Part shown: positions 36,282-47,084 of the stretch, one piece after another
How the letters are laid out: each line of letters begins with the position of its first letter
How positions within the stretch are numbered: position 1 is the first letter of the stretch
NCBI GenBank assembly: GCA_949290785.1
Contig: CASETE010000023.1
Coordinates: 10,537-74,536, forward strand
Direction: 5' to 3'
DNA from: an uncultured Pseudomonadota bacterium
Lineage (GTDB): Bacteria > Pseudomonadota > Alphaproteobacteria > Rs-D84
DNA: 64,000 bases
Made by a program: the position numbers and the translations under genes
Notes under the pieces: generated by a model
Seen by the model: only the letters and a program-made list of their open reading frames with translations
Databases searched by the model: none
What the model was told of the DNA's origin: nothing

Positions 36282-39200
36282 TTATATATTCAACAACTGT
36301 TGTTGTGCGTTTCCTTCGCGTGCCAACCTTTCGGCTTTTTCTTCTTCTTTGGCGATTTCGCGAACACGGCGAACATAGGCACCTGTACCAATTGGTATCA
36401 AACGACCGACTATCAAATTCTCGTTAATACCAACCAATTTATCTGTCGCCCCGCTAATCGCAGCATCAACCAAAACCTTTGTAGTCTGTTGGAACGATGC
36501 ATTAGATATAAACGAACGACTGGTCAATGACGCACGCGTCAAACCAACCAAGACTTGTGACGCCTCTGCCGGTTTACCGCCGTCACGTATGGTACGTGCG
36601 TTTTCTTCTTCAAATTCAACGCGATCAACAACTTGCCCCATCAAGAAACCTGTTTCGCCTGGATTGGTTATTTCCACGCGACGCGTCATTTCTCTTATCA
36701 GAATTTCTATATGCTTGTCGTTAATTGCCACGCCTTGCAGACGATATACTTGCTGAATCTGTTCTACCATAAATGTGGCCAATGCTTTTTGTCCCAAAAT
36801 ACGCAATATATCTTGTGGCACAGGGTCACCATCAACCAACTTTTCAGCCTTTCTGACAGTGTCACCGCTGCGTACCAGCAAGTTAGTACCCTTTGGTACA
36901 GCGTATTCAACAGGCGCAGTGCCGTCTTCTGGTACGATACGAACGATGATTTTTGACTTTGCATCTTCTAGTTCTATTGTACCATCTGTTTCCGCCAATA
37001 ACGCAGGATTAGACGGACGACGAACTTCCAACAATTCGTTTACACGAGGCAGACCACCAGTAATATCGCTTGTACGCTTTGACTGAACAGGTATTCTTGC
37101 CAAAACGTCGCCCGCAGAAACCGTTGCACCGTTTGACACGTTCAATATTGAATACATAGGCAATAAATATTCGGCAATTTTCTTACCGCCTAATGATATT
37201 ATATTCCCCTTGTCGTCAACCAAAGTTATAGACGGATTCAACGCTTTCTTGGTGTTTGCCTTCCAGTTAATGACCTTGCGAGAAATAATGCCAGTCATAG
37301 CATCAACTTCTTCCTGATATGAAACGTTTTCAACCAAATCATTAAACTGAACGATACCGTCTTTTTCAGCAATGATTGTATTTGAATAAGGATCCCATTC
37401 TGCAACCTTGGCGCCTTTTTCTACATTGTCGCCATCGTTAACAATCAACATTGATGCATAAGGTAATTTGCTGGTAAACAATTTTTCGTTTTTATCGTTA
37501 ACAACGGATAATTCAGCGTTTCTGGATAATACAACCACGCGCCCAGCAGAATTCTTAATAGAATTTACACCGGATAACTTGATTGTACCAGCAACGGGTA
37601 CCTCTATAAAGTGACTATCTGCGCCACCAGCTGCAACACCACCAATGTGGAAGGTACGCAACGTCAACTGCGTTCCAGGTTCACCAATGGATTGGCTGGC
37701 AATCAGACCAACTGCTTCACCAACATGAACCAGCGCATTACGCGACAAATCCATACCATAGCACTTTGCACACAGACCGTCGCTGCAACAAGTCAAAACA
37801 CTGCGAACGTCAACGCTTGGCAAACCAGATTCATTTATCTTCTTTGCCGCTGTTTTCGTAATCAATTCACCCGCAGGTACAATGACTTCTTTTGTTATAG
37901 GATGAACAACATCGTGTGCCGCAGTACGTCCCAACACAACATCGCCCAGCGCAACAGATAATGCGCTGCCTTGATATACCGGTTTGGCGGTTATAAAGTC
38001 AGTAGTACCGCAATCATGTTCTGTAATGACCGTATTGTGCGCCAATTCAACCATACGACGCGTCAAATAACCTGCTTCTGCTGTTTTTAACGCCGTATCC
38101 GACATACCCTTACGTGCACCGTGAGTTGACGTAAAGTATTCGGACATGGTCAAACCTTCTTTAAAGTTTGAAATAATAGGAACTTCAATAATAGAACCGT
38201 CTGGCTTCTGCATCATACCGCGCATACCCGCCAACTGTTGAATCTGACGTTTGGAACCACGCGCCTTAGATAAAGCCATCATCAAAATAGAGTTCCAATT
38301 ATCACCTTTTGTTTTACCAAGCGCAGCATAAGCCAAGTCACCCAACTTATCGGTTGTTTTCTGCCACAAGTCAATTAACTTGTTGTGTCTTTCACCGCCA
38401 GATAACAAACCGTTTTGATATTGCTCTTCTATTTCTTCCGCGGCTTTTTCGGCCTCTGCTATCATTTCTTTCTTTTCTTCTGGTATCACGATATCGTCAA
38501 ACCCGATAGAAATACCACTGCGTGCCGCTTGTTCAAACCCCGTATCTTTCAAAGCGTCCGCCAACAGAATCATCGCCTTGTCACCACAACGATCATAAGT
38601 CGTCGCCAATAAAGCCTTGATTTCACCATGTGGCATAACTTTATTCACCAAATCAAATGGCATATTTTCAGATTTTGGTAACAATTCACCCAATATCATA
38701 CGACCGGCAGTTGTCTTGTATATCTTGCCATTAATACGTGCAATAATTGGCGTATGTAAAGTAATTGTCTTGTTTTCCAAAGCTAGCTTTACTTCGTCCA
38801 TATTCGCAAAACGTGGCGATTTTTCTGTATGTTCACCGTCAATCAACGAAATGTAGTAAACACCCAAAACCATGTCTTGTGATGGAACAATCATAGGCTC
38901 ACCGTTTGCGGGCGACAAAACGTTATTTGATGACAGCATTAATGTACGCGCTTCCAACTGTGCCTCTAATGAAATTGGAACGTGCACAGACATCTGGTCA
39001 CCGTCAAAGTCAGCATTAAAACCGGCGCAAACCAATGGATGCAAACGAATTGCCTTACCTTCAATCAAAACAGGCTCAAACGCCAACATAGACAATCTGT
39101 GTAACGAAGGTGCACGGTTTAATAATACTGGATGTTCGTGAATAACTTTTTCCAATATTTCCCATACGACGTCTTCGCCGTTTTCAACCATCTTGCGCGC

Positions 39201-40391
39201 AGTTTTTAACGTATTAGCATAATCACCAGCCAACAATCTTGCATAAACAAATGGTTTAAACAATTCCAAAGCCATAGTTTTTGGCAAACCAACCTGATGC
39301 AACTTCAAAGAAGGCCCAGATACAATTACAGAACGACCGGAATAGTCAACACGTTTACCCAACAAGTTCATACGGAAACGGCCTGATTTTCCGCTTAGAG
39401 AATCAGATAAAGACTTTAACGGGCGACGGTTCTGTGAAACCATCGGACGTGCCTTGTGACCGTTATCAAACAAAGAATCTACCGCTTCTTGCAGCATGCG
39501 CTTTTCATTACGAACGATGATTTCCGGTGCATGCATTTCAATAAATTTCTTTAAACGATTGTTACGAATAATCACGCGACGATATAAATCGTTCAAGTCA
39601 GATGCGGCCACATGCCCCGCGTCTAATGTAACCAAAGGACGCATATCAGGCGGTATAACAGGCAATACATCTGGTAACATCCACGCAGGCTCTGTCTTAG
39701 AATCTAGGAATGCTTCTACCAGTTTTAATTGTTTTATCAAAGCCTTGCGTTTGGCTTCTGACTTCGTGTCCGCCAATTCTGCACGCAGACGTGTACGTTC
39801 ATCACCCATATCCAAATTAGAAATTATACTACGTACACCTTCGGCGCCGATACCTACATGAAACGCATCTGCACCAAATTCTTCAACGGCGTTTTGATAT
39901 TCATCTTCGCTTATTACGTCGTATTGCTTCAAGTTTGTTAAACCTGGTTCTATGACGATATAAGCATCATAAGAAATGACTTGTTCTAACTTTTTCTGTG
40001 GCAAGTTATTTAATAAAGTTGCAATTTTACCCTCGCGCAAGAACCATGTATGCGCCACAGGCATTGCTAACTTTATATGCCCCATACGTTCACGACGAAC
40101 AGAAGAAGGGCCAACTTCTACGCCGCAACGTTCGCAAACGACGCCGCGGAACTTTATTCTTTTATACTTACCGCACGCACATTCATAATCTTTGACGGGG
40201 CCAAAGATTTGTTGGCAGAACAATCCCTCTGGCTCTGGTTTCAAAGAATGATAATTTATCGTTTCAGGCTTTTTAACTTCGCCGTGCGACCAAGAAAGTA
40301 TTTCTTCTGGTGATGCAATCGTTATACGCAACGCATCAAACTGTTCTTTTGTTTCAATTTGTCCGAATATCTTCTGCAACATATTGGTCAT
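36282..40391 (-). CDS. rpoC: RNA polymerase beta' subunit
   Basis: GEVKKPETINY, Zn finger, GKRVDYSGRSVI, NADFDGD, GEPGTQLT. Confidence 0.99.
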   Translation of the reverse strand: MTNMLQKIFGQIETKEQFDALRITIASPEEILSWSHGEVKKPETINYHSLKPEPEGLFCQQIFGPVKDYECACGKYKRIKFRGVVCERCGVEVGPSSVRRERMGHIKLAMPVAHTWFLREGKIATLLNNLPQKKLEQVISYDAYIVIEPGLTNLKQYDVISEDEYQNAVEEFGADAFHVGIGAEGVRSIISNLDMGDERTRLRAELADTKSEAKRKALIKQLKLVEAFLDSKTEPAWMLPDVLPVIPPDMRPLVTLDAGHVAASDLNDLYRRVIIRNNRLKKFIEMHAPEIIVRNEKRMLQEAVDSLFDNGHKARPMVSQNRRPLKSLSDSLSGKSGRFRMNLLGKRVDYSGRSVIVSGPSLKLHQVGLPKTMALELFKPFVYARLLAGDYANTLKTARKMVENGEDVVWEILEKVIHEHPVLLNRAPSLHRLSMLAFEPVLIEGKAIRLHPLVCAGFNADFDGDQMSVHVPISLEAQLEARTLMLSSNNVLSPANGEPMIVPSQDMVLGVYYISLIDGEHTEKSPRFANMDEVKLALENKTITLHTPIIARINGKIYKTTAGRMILGELLPKSENMPFDLVNKVMPHGEIKALLATTYDRCGDKAMILLADALKDTGFEQAARSGISIGFDDIVIPEEKKEMIAEAEKAAEEIEEQYQNGLLSGGERHNKLIDLWQKTTDKLGDLAYAALGKTKGDNWNSILMMALSKARGSKRQIQQLAGMRGMMQKPDGSIIEVPIISNFKEGLTMSEYFTSTHGARKGMSDTALKTAEAGYLTRRMVELAHNTVITEHDCGTTDFITAKPVYQGSALSVALGDVVLGRTAAHDVVHPITKEVIVPAGELITKTAAKKINESGLPSVDVRSVLTCCSDGLCAKCYGMDLSRNALVHVGEAVGLIASQSIGEPGTQLTLRTFHIGGVAAGGADSHFIEVPVAGTIKLSGVNSIKNSAGRVVVLSRNAELSVVNDKNEKLFTSKLPYASMLIVNDGDNVEKGAKVAEWDPYSNTIIAEKDGIVQFNDLVENVSYQEEVDAMTGIISRKVINWKANTKKALNPSITLVDDKGNIISLGGKKIAEYLLPMYSILNVSNGATVSAGDVLARIPVQSKRTSDITGGLPRVNELLEVRRPSNPALLAETDGTIELEDAKSKIIVRIVPEDGTAPVEYAVPKGTNLLVRSGDTVRKAEKLVDGDPVPQDILRILGQKALATFMVEQIQQVYRLQGVAINDKHIEILIREMTRRVEITNPGETGFLMGQVVDRVEFEEENARTIRDGGKPAEASQVLVGLTRASLTSRSFISNASFQQTTKVLVDAAISGATDKLVGINENLIVGRLIPIGTGAYVRRVREIAKEEEKAERLAREGNAQQQLLNI

Positions 40392-40469
40392 GTATTTTGC
40401 TCCTTTCAGTAGCTAAAAGTACTGCGTGGCCGGCAACACTGGTTTACCACCAGTGCCAGCCGTCGCCAC

Positions 40470-43400
40470 TTAATCTATTTTCTTCGGCGTCATCGCCAAG
40501 CCCAAACCGCGTAGTTCGCGAACTAGTACGTTAAAGGCTTCTGGTGTACCTGTCTGGAAGTCGTTATTACCAGATATTATAGACTCGTACATCTTCGTAC
40601 GGCCGGCAATATCATCCGACTTTACAGTCAACATTTCGCGTAACAGATGTGCCGCCCCATGCGCTTCCAAGGCCCACACTTCCATTTCACCAAGACGCTG
40701 ACCACCCATGTGCGCCTTACCAGACAACGGCTGCTGCGTTACCAAAGAATAATTACCAATTGAACGTGCGTGAATCTTTTCATCAACAAAGTGATGCAGT
40801 TTCAGCATGTACATTACGCCGACTGTAACCGGACGCGCGAATTTTTCACCCGTCATACCATCGTATAATGTAAACTGACCCGATTCTGGTAATTTCGCTA
40901 ACTTTAACATACGACGAATGTCTTCTGGGGTCGCACCGTCAAAGGTAGGCGTCGCCATAGGAACACCGTCTTTTAACAATGCAGCCTCTGCACGAACATC
41001 AGTATCCGTCATTTTTTCTAATTTTTCGGCCGCTTCTTTACCATAAACCTTGCCCATAATCGCACGCAAATCGTCGGTTACAGCACGCTTTTGCTTTACT
41101 TCTTCCAGCACTTCGCCAATCTGCTGACCCAACGTACGCGCCGCCATACCAAGGTGAGTCTCTAATATCTGACCGATATTCATACGACTTGGCACACCAA
41201 GCGGATTCAATACAATGTCAACAGGCGTACCATCTTCCATGTATGGCATGTCTTCAATAGGTACAACCTTGGAAACAATACCCTTGTTACCGTGACGACC
41301 AGCCATCTTGTCACCAGGTTGCAACTTCATCTTGTGCGCGATGTAAACCTTTACTTCTTTTAACACACCCGCTGCCAAAGAGTTGCTTTCTGTAACCTTG
41401 GCAATTTCTGCGTCGGCTTTTTCGTTCAGCAGTTTCAGCTTCGTAACGTGCTGTTCACGTAACTCGTCAATTTTTGCCTGTGCTTCTTTATTCTTTACAA
41501 CCAATTTCTTGACGTCTGACGGTCTGATACCCTCAAAAACCTCTTCGGTCAGTTTTTTGCCGACGAATGGTTTTAAACTGCCCGTGCCAGCCTCTATAAC
41601 CTGACCCGCTGCAATCTGGAAAACCTGATCTGCAAAACCTTTTTCAATGATAGAAGTTTCTTCTTCTCTATCCTTGTTTATCTTTTCAATCTTTTGCAGT
41701 TCAATCATCTGTGTACGTTCGTCTTTCTTAACCCCATGACGAGTTAGAACATTAACGCCGATAACAGTACCTTCTTCGTTCGGTCCAACCTTTAATGAAG
41801 AATCTTTTACATTCAAAGCCTTTTCACCAAATATGTTACGCAACAAGGCTTCTTCTGGCGTCAATAAAGTTTCAGACTTCGGCGAAACGCGCCCAACTAA
41901 AATGTCACCTTGTTTTACGCGCGCGCCAACATAAATGATACCAGATTCATCCAAATTCTTTAACGCTTCTTCGCTAACATTTGGAATATCACGCGTTAAA
42001 CTTTCTGGCCCTAACTGCGTATCACGAACCTTGATTTCTTTTTCTACAATCTTAACCGATGTAAACACATCATCACGGGAAATGCGTTCCGATATAACGA
42101 TGGAATCTTCATAGTTATAACCACGCCATGGCACAAATGCAACCAACACGTTGCGACCTAATGCCAATTCACCATAGTTCATAGAAGAACCGTCCGCAAT
42201 TATGTCACCGGCAGAAACTCTGTCGCCAACCTTTACCAACGGTTTTTGATGTATCAAAGTTTCGCTGTTGCTGCGTTCAAATTTCTCAAGATTGTAAATG
42301 TCAACACCCGTCACAACGTTTCGGCTGTTCATACATTTTACAACGATACGATTTGCATCAACAGATTCTACGATACCGCCATGTTTGGCAACTTTACCCG
42401 TTCTAGAATCACGCGCAACTTCGCGTTCAATACCAGTACCAACCAATGGTGCCTGAACGCGTAATAAAGGAACCGCCTGACGTTGCATGTTTGAACCCAT
42501 CAAAGCACGGTTCGCGTCGTCGTTTTCAACGAACGGTATCAAACCCGTAGCAATGGAAACCACTTGACGCGGTTCAACGTCAATCAAGTCAATTTCTTCT
42601 TTTGGAACCATCGTAAATTCACCGTCAACGCGCGCCGTTACCATGTCTTCTGACAGTACGCCCGTCGCAGTCGTAGGTGTATTTCCTTGCGCAATCTTGT
42701 GCCCCAGTTCTTCATCTGCAGTCAGATATACCATCTTGTCTGTAATTTTGCTGTTCTCTACAACATAATACGGCGTTTCAATAAATCCGTATGGATTTAC
42801 ACGCGCATACGTTGCCAAGTGGTTAATCAAACCAATATTTGCACCTTCTGGTGTATGAATAGGACACAGTCTGCCATAGTGCGTCGGATGAACGTCACGA
42901 ACGTCTATACCCGCACGTTCACGATTCAAACCACCAGGCCCCAACGCAGAAACCAAACGTTTGTGTTCCAATTCAGCCAACGGATTATAAGCATCCATAA
43001 ACTGAGATAACTGCGATGTACCCAAAAATTCGGACACCAAAGACATCAACGGTTTTACATTGATAACGTCCTGTGGTTGCATATTCGCAATGTTTGGTGA
43101 AGACAAACTTTCACGAACCAAACGTTCAATACGCAACATTCCCGTGCGGAATGTCTGTTCCAATAATTCGCCCACTGTACGAACGCGACGATTTGACAAG
43201 TTGTCAATATCATCAACAGTGTCTTTATGGTCAATTATGTTCGTTAAAGTTTTCAAAACCGCCAAGAAATCAGACTTAGTCAACAAACGTTCGTCTTCTG
43301 GCTTTTTACCAGAATCAATCTTTAAGCGCTTGTTCATCTTGAAACGACCAACAGCAGACAAATCATAATACGCCGCATCAAAACCCTGACGCATAAACAA

Positions 43401-44606
43401 GTTTATTGCCGCTTCTAACGTTGGGCGTTCACCCGGTCTGATAATGTTATAAATTTCAATCAGGGCTTCTTCACGATTTGTTGTAGTATCCGCCATCAAC
43501 GTGTTACGCATATGTGCAGATATAGTCGTGTTATCAATAGAAATCAAAGAAATATTCTTTACGCCCATTTTTTCTAAATCGGCCAATACTTCTTCTGTAA
43601 TTTCTGTTCCAGCACGGAATATAACGTCATCACCGTTCATAATCGGGTCAAATAAATATTCGCCAATTAATGATTCAGAAGTTATGCCATACTGCTTTGA
43701 CGCAGACATTACTTTTGATAAACGCTTAGCGTTCATACGGTCACCCTTGGACGCCAAAACCTTTTTATCTTTTGGATTGATTAAATCATAATTTAAACGA
43801 TATTTATCCAATCCTTCAAAAACAGATGTATCACCAACCCACAATTTACCATCAAAAGATAAAGGCATGCGTTTATAAAACGCGCTTAATATCTCTGTAT
43901 CGTCCATACCACGAATTGTTGATTTACGAGGGTCAGCCAACCATTTCTTTTCGTCTTCTGCGGCCGGCAAACAACGCAATAATACCGTTGCAGGTATCTT
44001 ACGACGTCTGTCTATTCGGACATATATTACGCCCTTGTATTCTTCAAAGTCAATCCAACTGCCGTGTTCTGGAATTATACGCGCAGTATAGGTTATCGGA
44101 TTGCCAGCAATTTTTGCTTCTTTTGTTGTTGCAAAAACAACGCCTTGGGCACGGTGCATCTGTGAAACGATAACGCGTTCAACGCCCGCCGCAATAAAAC
44201 TACCCCTTTCAGTCATCAAAGGCACTTCGCCCATGAATATTTCTTGTTCCTTGATATCACGCAGAACTTTTTTACCGTCTTCTGCGATATCCCATAAAAT
44301 CAATCTCAGCTTCAGTTTCAACTTACTGGAATAGTTAAGATTGCGCAACATACATTCTTTTACGTTGTATACAGGTTTGTCCAACGTATACCCAACAAAT
44401 TCTAGTTCCGCAATCCCAGCGTAATCTTTGATTGGAAACATAGAAGCAAAAACATTCTGTAAACCAATGTTCTTTCTGCTTTGTGGTTCAACGTCCGCCT
44501 GTAAGAAATCTTTGTAAGAATTGTATTGAATTTCAACTAAATCTGGAAGCTGAGTTTGCAAAAAACTTTTACGAAAAGATTTTCTACGTCTTTGGATAAC
44601 TGCCAT
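40470..44606 (-). CDS. rpoB: RNA polymerase beta subunit
   Basis: SQLSQFMD, RDVHPTHYGR, GDKMAGRHGNKG, GGQRLGEMEVWALEA. Confidence 0.99.
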   Translation of the reverse strand: MAVIQRRRKSFRKSFLQTQLPDLVEIQYNSYKDFLQADVEPQSRKNIGLQNVFASMFPIKDYAGIAELEFVGYTLDKPVYNVKECMLRNLNYSSKLKLKLRLILWDIAEDGKKVLRDIKEQEIFMGEVPLMTERGSFIAAGVERVIVSQMHRAQGVVFATTKEAKIAGNPITYTARIIPEHGSWIDFEEYKGVIYVRIDRRRKIPATVLLRCLPAAEDEKKWLADPRKSTIRGMDDTEILSAFYKRMPLSFDGKLWVGDTSVFEGLDKYRLNYDLINPKDKKVLASKGDRMNAKRLSKVMSASKQYGITSESLIGEYLFDPIMNGDDVIFRAGTEITEEVLADLEKMGVKNISLISIDNTTISAHMRNTLMADTTTNREEALIEIYNIIRPGERPTLEAAINLFMRQGFDAAYYDLSAVGRFKMNKRLKIDSGKKPEDERLLTKSDFLAVLKTLTNIIDHKDTVDDIDNLSNRRVRTVGELLEQTFRTGMLRIERLVRESLSSPNIANMQPQDVINVKPLMSLVSEFLGTSQLSQFMDAYNPLAELEHKRLVSALGPGGLNRERAGIDVRDVHPTHYGRLCPIHTPEGANIGLINHLATYARVNPYGFIETPYYVVENSKITDKMVYLTADEELGHKIAQGNTPTTATGVLSEDMVTARVDGEFTMVPKEEIDLIDVEPRQVVSIATGLIPFVENDDANRALMGSNMQRQAVPLLRVQAPLVGTGIEREVARDSRTGKVAKHGGIVESVDANRIVVKCMNSRNVVTGVDIYNLEKFERSNSETLIHQKPLVKVGDRVSAGDIIADGSSMNYGELALGRNVLVAFVPWRGYNYEDSIVISERISRDDVFTSVKIVEKEIKVRDTQLGPESLTRDIPNVSEEALKNLDESGIIYVGARVKQGDILVGRVSPKSETLLTPEEALLRNIFGEKALNVKDSSLKVGPNEEGTVIGVNVLTRHGVKKDERTQMIELQKIEKINKDREEETSIIEKGFADQVFQIAAGQVIEAGTGSLKPFVGKKLTEEVFEGIRPSDVKKLVVKNKEAQAKIDELREQHVTKLKLLNEKADAEIAKVTESNSLAAGVLKEVKVYIAHKMKLQPGDKMAGRHGNKGIVSKVVPIEDMPYMEDGTPVDIVLNPLGVPSRMNIGQILETHLGMAARTLGQQIGEVLEEVKQKRAVTDDLRAIMGKVYGKEAAEKLEKMTDTDVRAEAALLKDGVPMATPTFDGATPEDIRRMLKLAKLPESGQFTLYDGMTGEKFARPVTVGVMYMLKLHHFVDEKIHARSIGNYSLVTQQPLSGKAHMGGQRLGEMEVWALEAHGAAHLLREMLTVKSDDIAGRTKMYESIISGNNDFQTGTPEAFNVLVRELRGLGLAMTPKKID

Positions 44607-44778
44607 GGGTCTTGATCCTTTTTTTTTGTGCGTTTTGCAAACAAGAACGATATAAAAATATCGTCATATCTATATTACGCCTTTGTGCCCACCCAGGAGT
44701 TTTACCCCAAGGTGGGCGGCGCTGTGTCGCAATGTATCGCGACTTATAATTTCACGAAACCTTACGGTTCCGGTTGAA

Positions 44779-45144
44779 TTATTTCAATTCAACCTTTGCA
44801 CCCGCTGCTTCTAATGTAGCCTTCATTTTTTCGGCTTCATCTTTTGCGACTGCTTCTTTAACTGCTTTTGGTGCAGATTCAACCAAAGCTTTGGCTTCAC
44901 CTAAGCCCAAACCAGTGATGTCTTTCACTGCCTTGATAACAGCCAATTTGTTTGCACCGGCTTCTGCCAATACTACATCAAATTCTGTTTTTTCTTCGGC
45001 TGCTGCGGCGGCTGGGCCTGCTGCAACTGCAACTGCGGCGGCGGCACTTACGCCCCAAGTTTCTTCTAACGCTTTGGATAATTCAACTGCTTCCAAAACG
45101 CTCAATTTTGACAATTCTTCAACTAATTTTTGAATATCTGCCAT
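44779..45144 (-). CDS. rplL: 50S ribosomal protein L7/L12
   Basis: Ala-rich hinge, [16 protein letters not shown]. Confidence 0.98.
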   Translation of the reverse strand: MADIQKLVEELSKLSVLEAVELSKALEETWGVSAAAAVAVAAGPAAAAAEEKTEFDVVLAEAGANKLAVIKAVKDITGLGLGEAKALVESAPKAVKEAVAKDEAEKMKATLEAAGAKVELK

Positions 45145-45189
45145 TTTTTGCTCCTATCAATATTCAGAACTTTTACGTTCTGGTATATT

Positions 45190-45666
45190 TTAATTCTTTT
45201 TTCCATACTCTGCAGAAACACGTGCCAAGCGCGACGCAGGTTCAACCAATATACGCGCAATTGTACCACGAATTTCCAACAGGGATGGCAGTTTGGATAA
45301 TTGCACAATGTCGTCTTTACTCAGAACATCTGCATCCATTTTACCGCCAATGATTGAAAAATTTGGGTGTTCTTCCGCAAATTTTGCCAATACTTTGGTT
45401 ACCGCCAAACCATCAGTCGCAACAGCAACCGCAGTTGGACGTTTCATCAGTTCAGATACAGGTTCAAAGTCAGTGTCTTTTAACGCTAACTTCATCAAAC
45501 GGTTTTTAACAACCTTGAAAACAGAAACCAGCGGACGTAATTCATTACGCAAGATTTCCATTTCCTTAACTGTCAAACCATGGTTTTCAATTACGAAAAC
45601 GCCGTTTGCTTCTTTCAAGGACGACTGCAACGCTGAAATCAAATCTGATTTTTCTTCGCGTCTCAT
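45190..45666 (-). CDS. rplJ: 50S ribosomal protein L10
   Basis: GLTV, KVVKNRL, LSKLPS; synteny. Confidence 0.95.
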   Translation of the reverse strand: MRREEKSDLISALQSSLKEANGVFVIENHGLTVKEMEILRNELRPLVSVFKVVKNRLMKLALKDTDFEPVSELMKRPTAVAVATDGLAVTKVLAKFAEEHPNFSIIGGKMDADVLSKDDIVQLSKLPSLLEIRGTIARILVEPASRLARVSAEYGKKN

Positions 45667-45689
45667 ATCTTTACCCTTACTTGCAAGAT

Positions 45690-45850
45690 TTCAGAAATAA
45701 ACTTCTAAAATCCCCTGTTTTGTTAAACTTTCCATTCGGTACTTCTTTTATACCGAGTGGGGCCCGTCATTCTGCCCCAAAGAATTCTTTCTTTGTCTAT
45801 GATGGAAATTAAGTCTTTTTCAAAACACCATCAGTCTCGGACAGAAATCT
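45690..45850 (-). ncRNA. Ribosomal protein L10 leader (autoregulatory cis element)
   Basis: GTCCGAGACTGATGGTG...TTAAT..CCATCATAGAC core (45795-45842) between rplA and rplJ matches my recollection of L10 leaders; boundaries approximate. Confidence 0.7.
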
Positions 45851-45888
45851 TGTTTGCGGTTGGGCAGAAATCTGCCCGGCCGCCGTTA

Positions 45889-46563
45889 TTATTTTACTTC
45901 CACTTTCAGACCAGGACCCTGGGTCGTAGCAACAGCCGCACCCAAGATATACTGACCCTTTACAGAAGCAGGTTTTACTTTCTTTAATTGTTCTATCAAC
46001 GCGTTTGCGTTTTCAACCAATTTGTCTGTTGCAAAAGACATTTTGCCGATACCAGCGTGAATGATACCTTTCTTTTCAGCACGGTATTCAATCTGACCCG
46101 CTTTTGCAGTTGCAACCGCTTCTGCAACGTTATTCGTTACAGTACCAAGTTTTGGATTCGGCATCAAACCTTTTGGTCCCAAAACACGCGCAACTTTTGA
46201 CATTTTGGGCATCATGTCTGGCGTCGCAATTACACGGTCAAAATTAATTTCACCGGCCGCAACCTTTTCAATCAAGTCTTCACCACCAACAACATCTGCA
46301 CCAGCTTTTTTTGCTTCGTCAGCGCTGTTAACAGTAAATACTGCAACGCGAACCTTTTTACCGGTACCGTTTGGCAATGACACCATGCCACGAATGTTCT
46401 GGTCTGCTTTGGTTACATCAACGCCTAAGCGAATTGCAATTTCCAGACTTTCGTCAAACTTCTTAGAGCAGTATGGACGCAACGCTTCAATAGCATCTGC
46501 CAAAGAATAAACCTTTTCCATATCCAAATTTGCCCAAGTCTTTTGTCTTTTTGTCAGTTTCAT
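45889..46563 (-). CDS. rplA: 50S ribosomal protein L1
   Basis: KFDESLE, LPNGTGK, LGPKGLMPNPKLGTV. Confidence 0.98.
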   Translation of the reverse strand: MKLTKRQKTWANLDMEKVYSLADAIEALRPYCSKKFDESLEIAIRLGVDVTKADQNIRGMVSLPNGTGKKVRVAVFTVNSADEAKKAGADVVGGEDLIEKVAAGEINFDRVIATPDMMPKMSKVARVLGPKGLMPNPKLGTVTNNVAEAVATAKAGQIEYRAEKKGIIHAGIGKMSFATDKLVENANALIEQLKKVKPASVKGQYILGAAVATTQGPGLKVEVK

Positions 46564-46566
46564 GTC

Positions 46567-46998
46567 TTATTCCTCCACCTTTACGCCCATAGAACGGCAT
46601 TGACCCGCAACGATATTCATAGCAGATTCAATGGTAGAGCAATTTAAGTCTGGCATTTTGTTTTCTGCAATTTCTTTAATCTGAGCCTTTGTAATTGTAC
46701 CAACAAAGTCACGACCCGGTTTATGAGAACCGATTTTCAACTTTAATGCCTTTTTAATGTAGTACGACACAGGTGGCAACTTCATAATAAATTCAAAGCT
46801 GCGATCTGTATAAACAGTGATTATACAAGGAATTGGCATTCCTGGTTCTTTATCAGATGTTTTGTCGTTAAACTGTTTGCAGAATTCCGCAATGTTTACA
46901 CCGGCCGCACCCAACGCTGGTCCAATAGGAGGCGCAGGATTCGCCTGTTTCGCAGGGACTACTAATTTAACAATCCCTTTTACTTCTTTTTTTGCCAT
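46567..46998 (-). CDS. rplK: 50S ribosomal protein L11
   Basis: [24 protein letters not shown]. Confidence 0.98.
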   Translation of the reverse strand: MAKKEVKGIVKLVVPAKQANPAPPIGPALGAAGVNIAEFCKQFNDKTSDKEPGMPIPCIITVYTDRSFEFIMKLPPVSYYIKKALKLKIGSHKPGRDFVGTITKAQIKEIAENKMPDLNCSTIESAMNIVAGQCRSMGVKVEE

Positions 46999-47025
46999 TT
47001 GTTCACTCCATTTTTCGTTGTGTTT

Positions 47026-47050
47026 GTGGTCCGATATGGCTATCTACCAC
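47026..47050 (-). promoter_or_regulatory. Putative L1-binding hairpin in the rplK leader
   Basis: GTGGTAGAT...ATCGGACCAC stem with asymmetric internal loop, upstream of the rplK SD. Confidence 0.55.
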
Positions 47051-47084
47051 AAGCGCGCCTTTCACACGCACGTCGGTTACCCGA

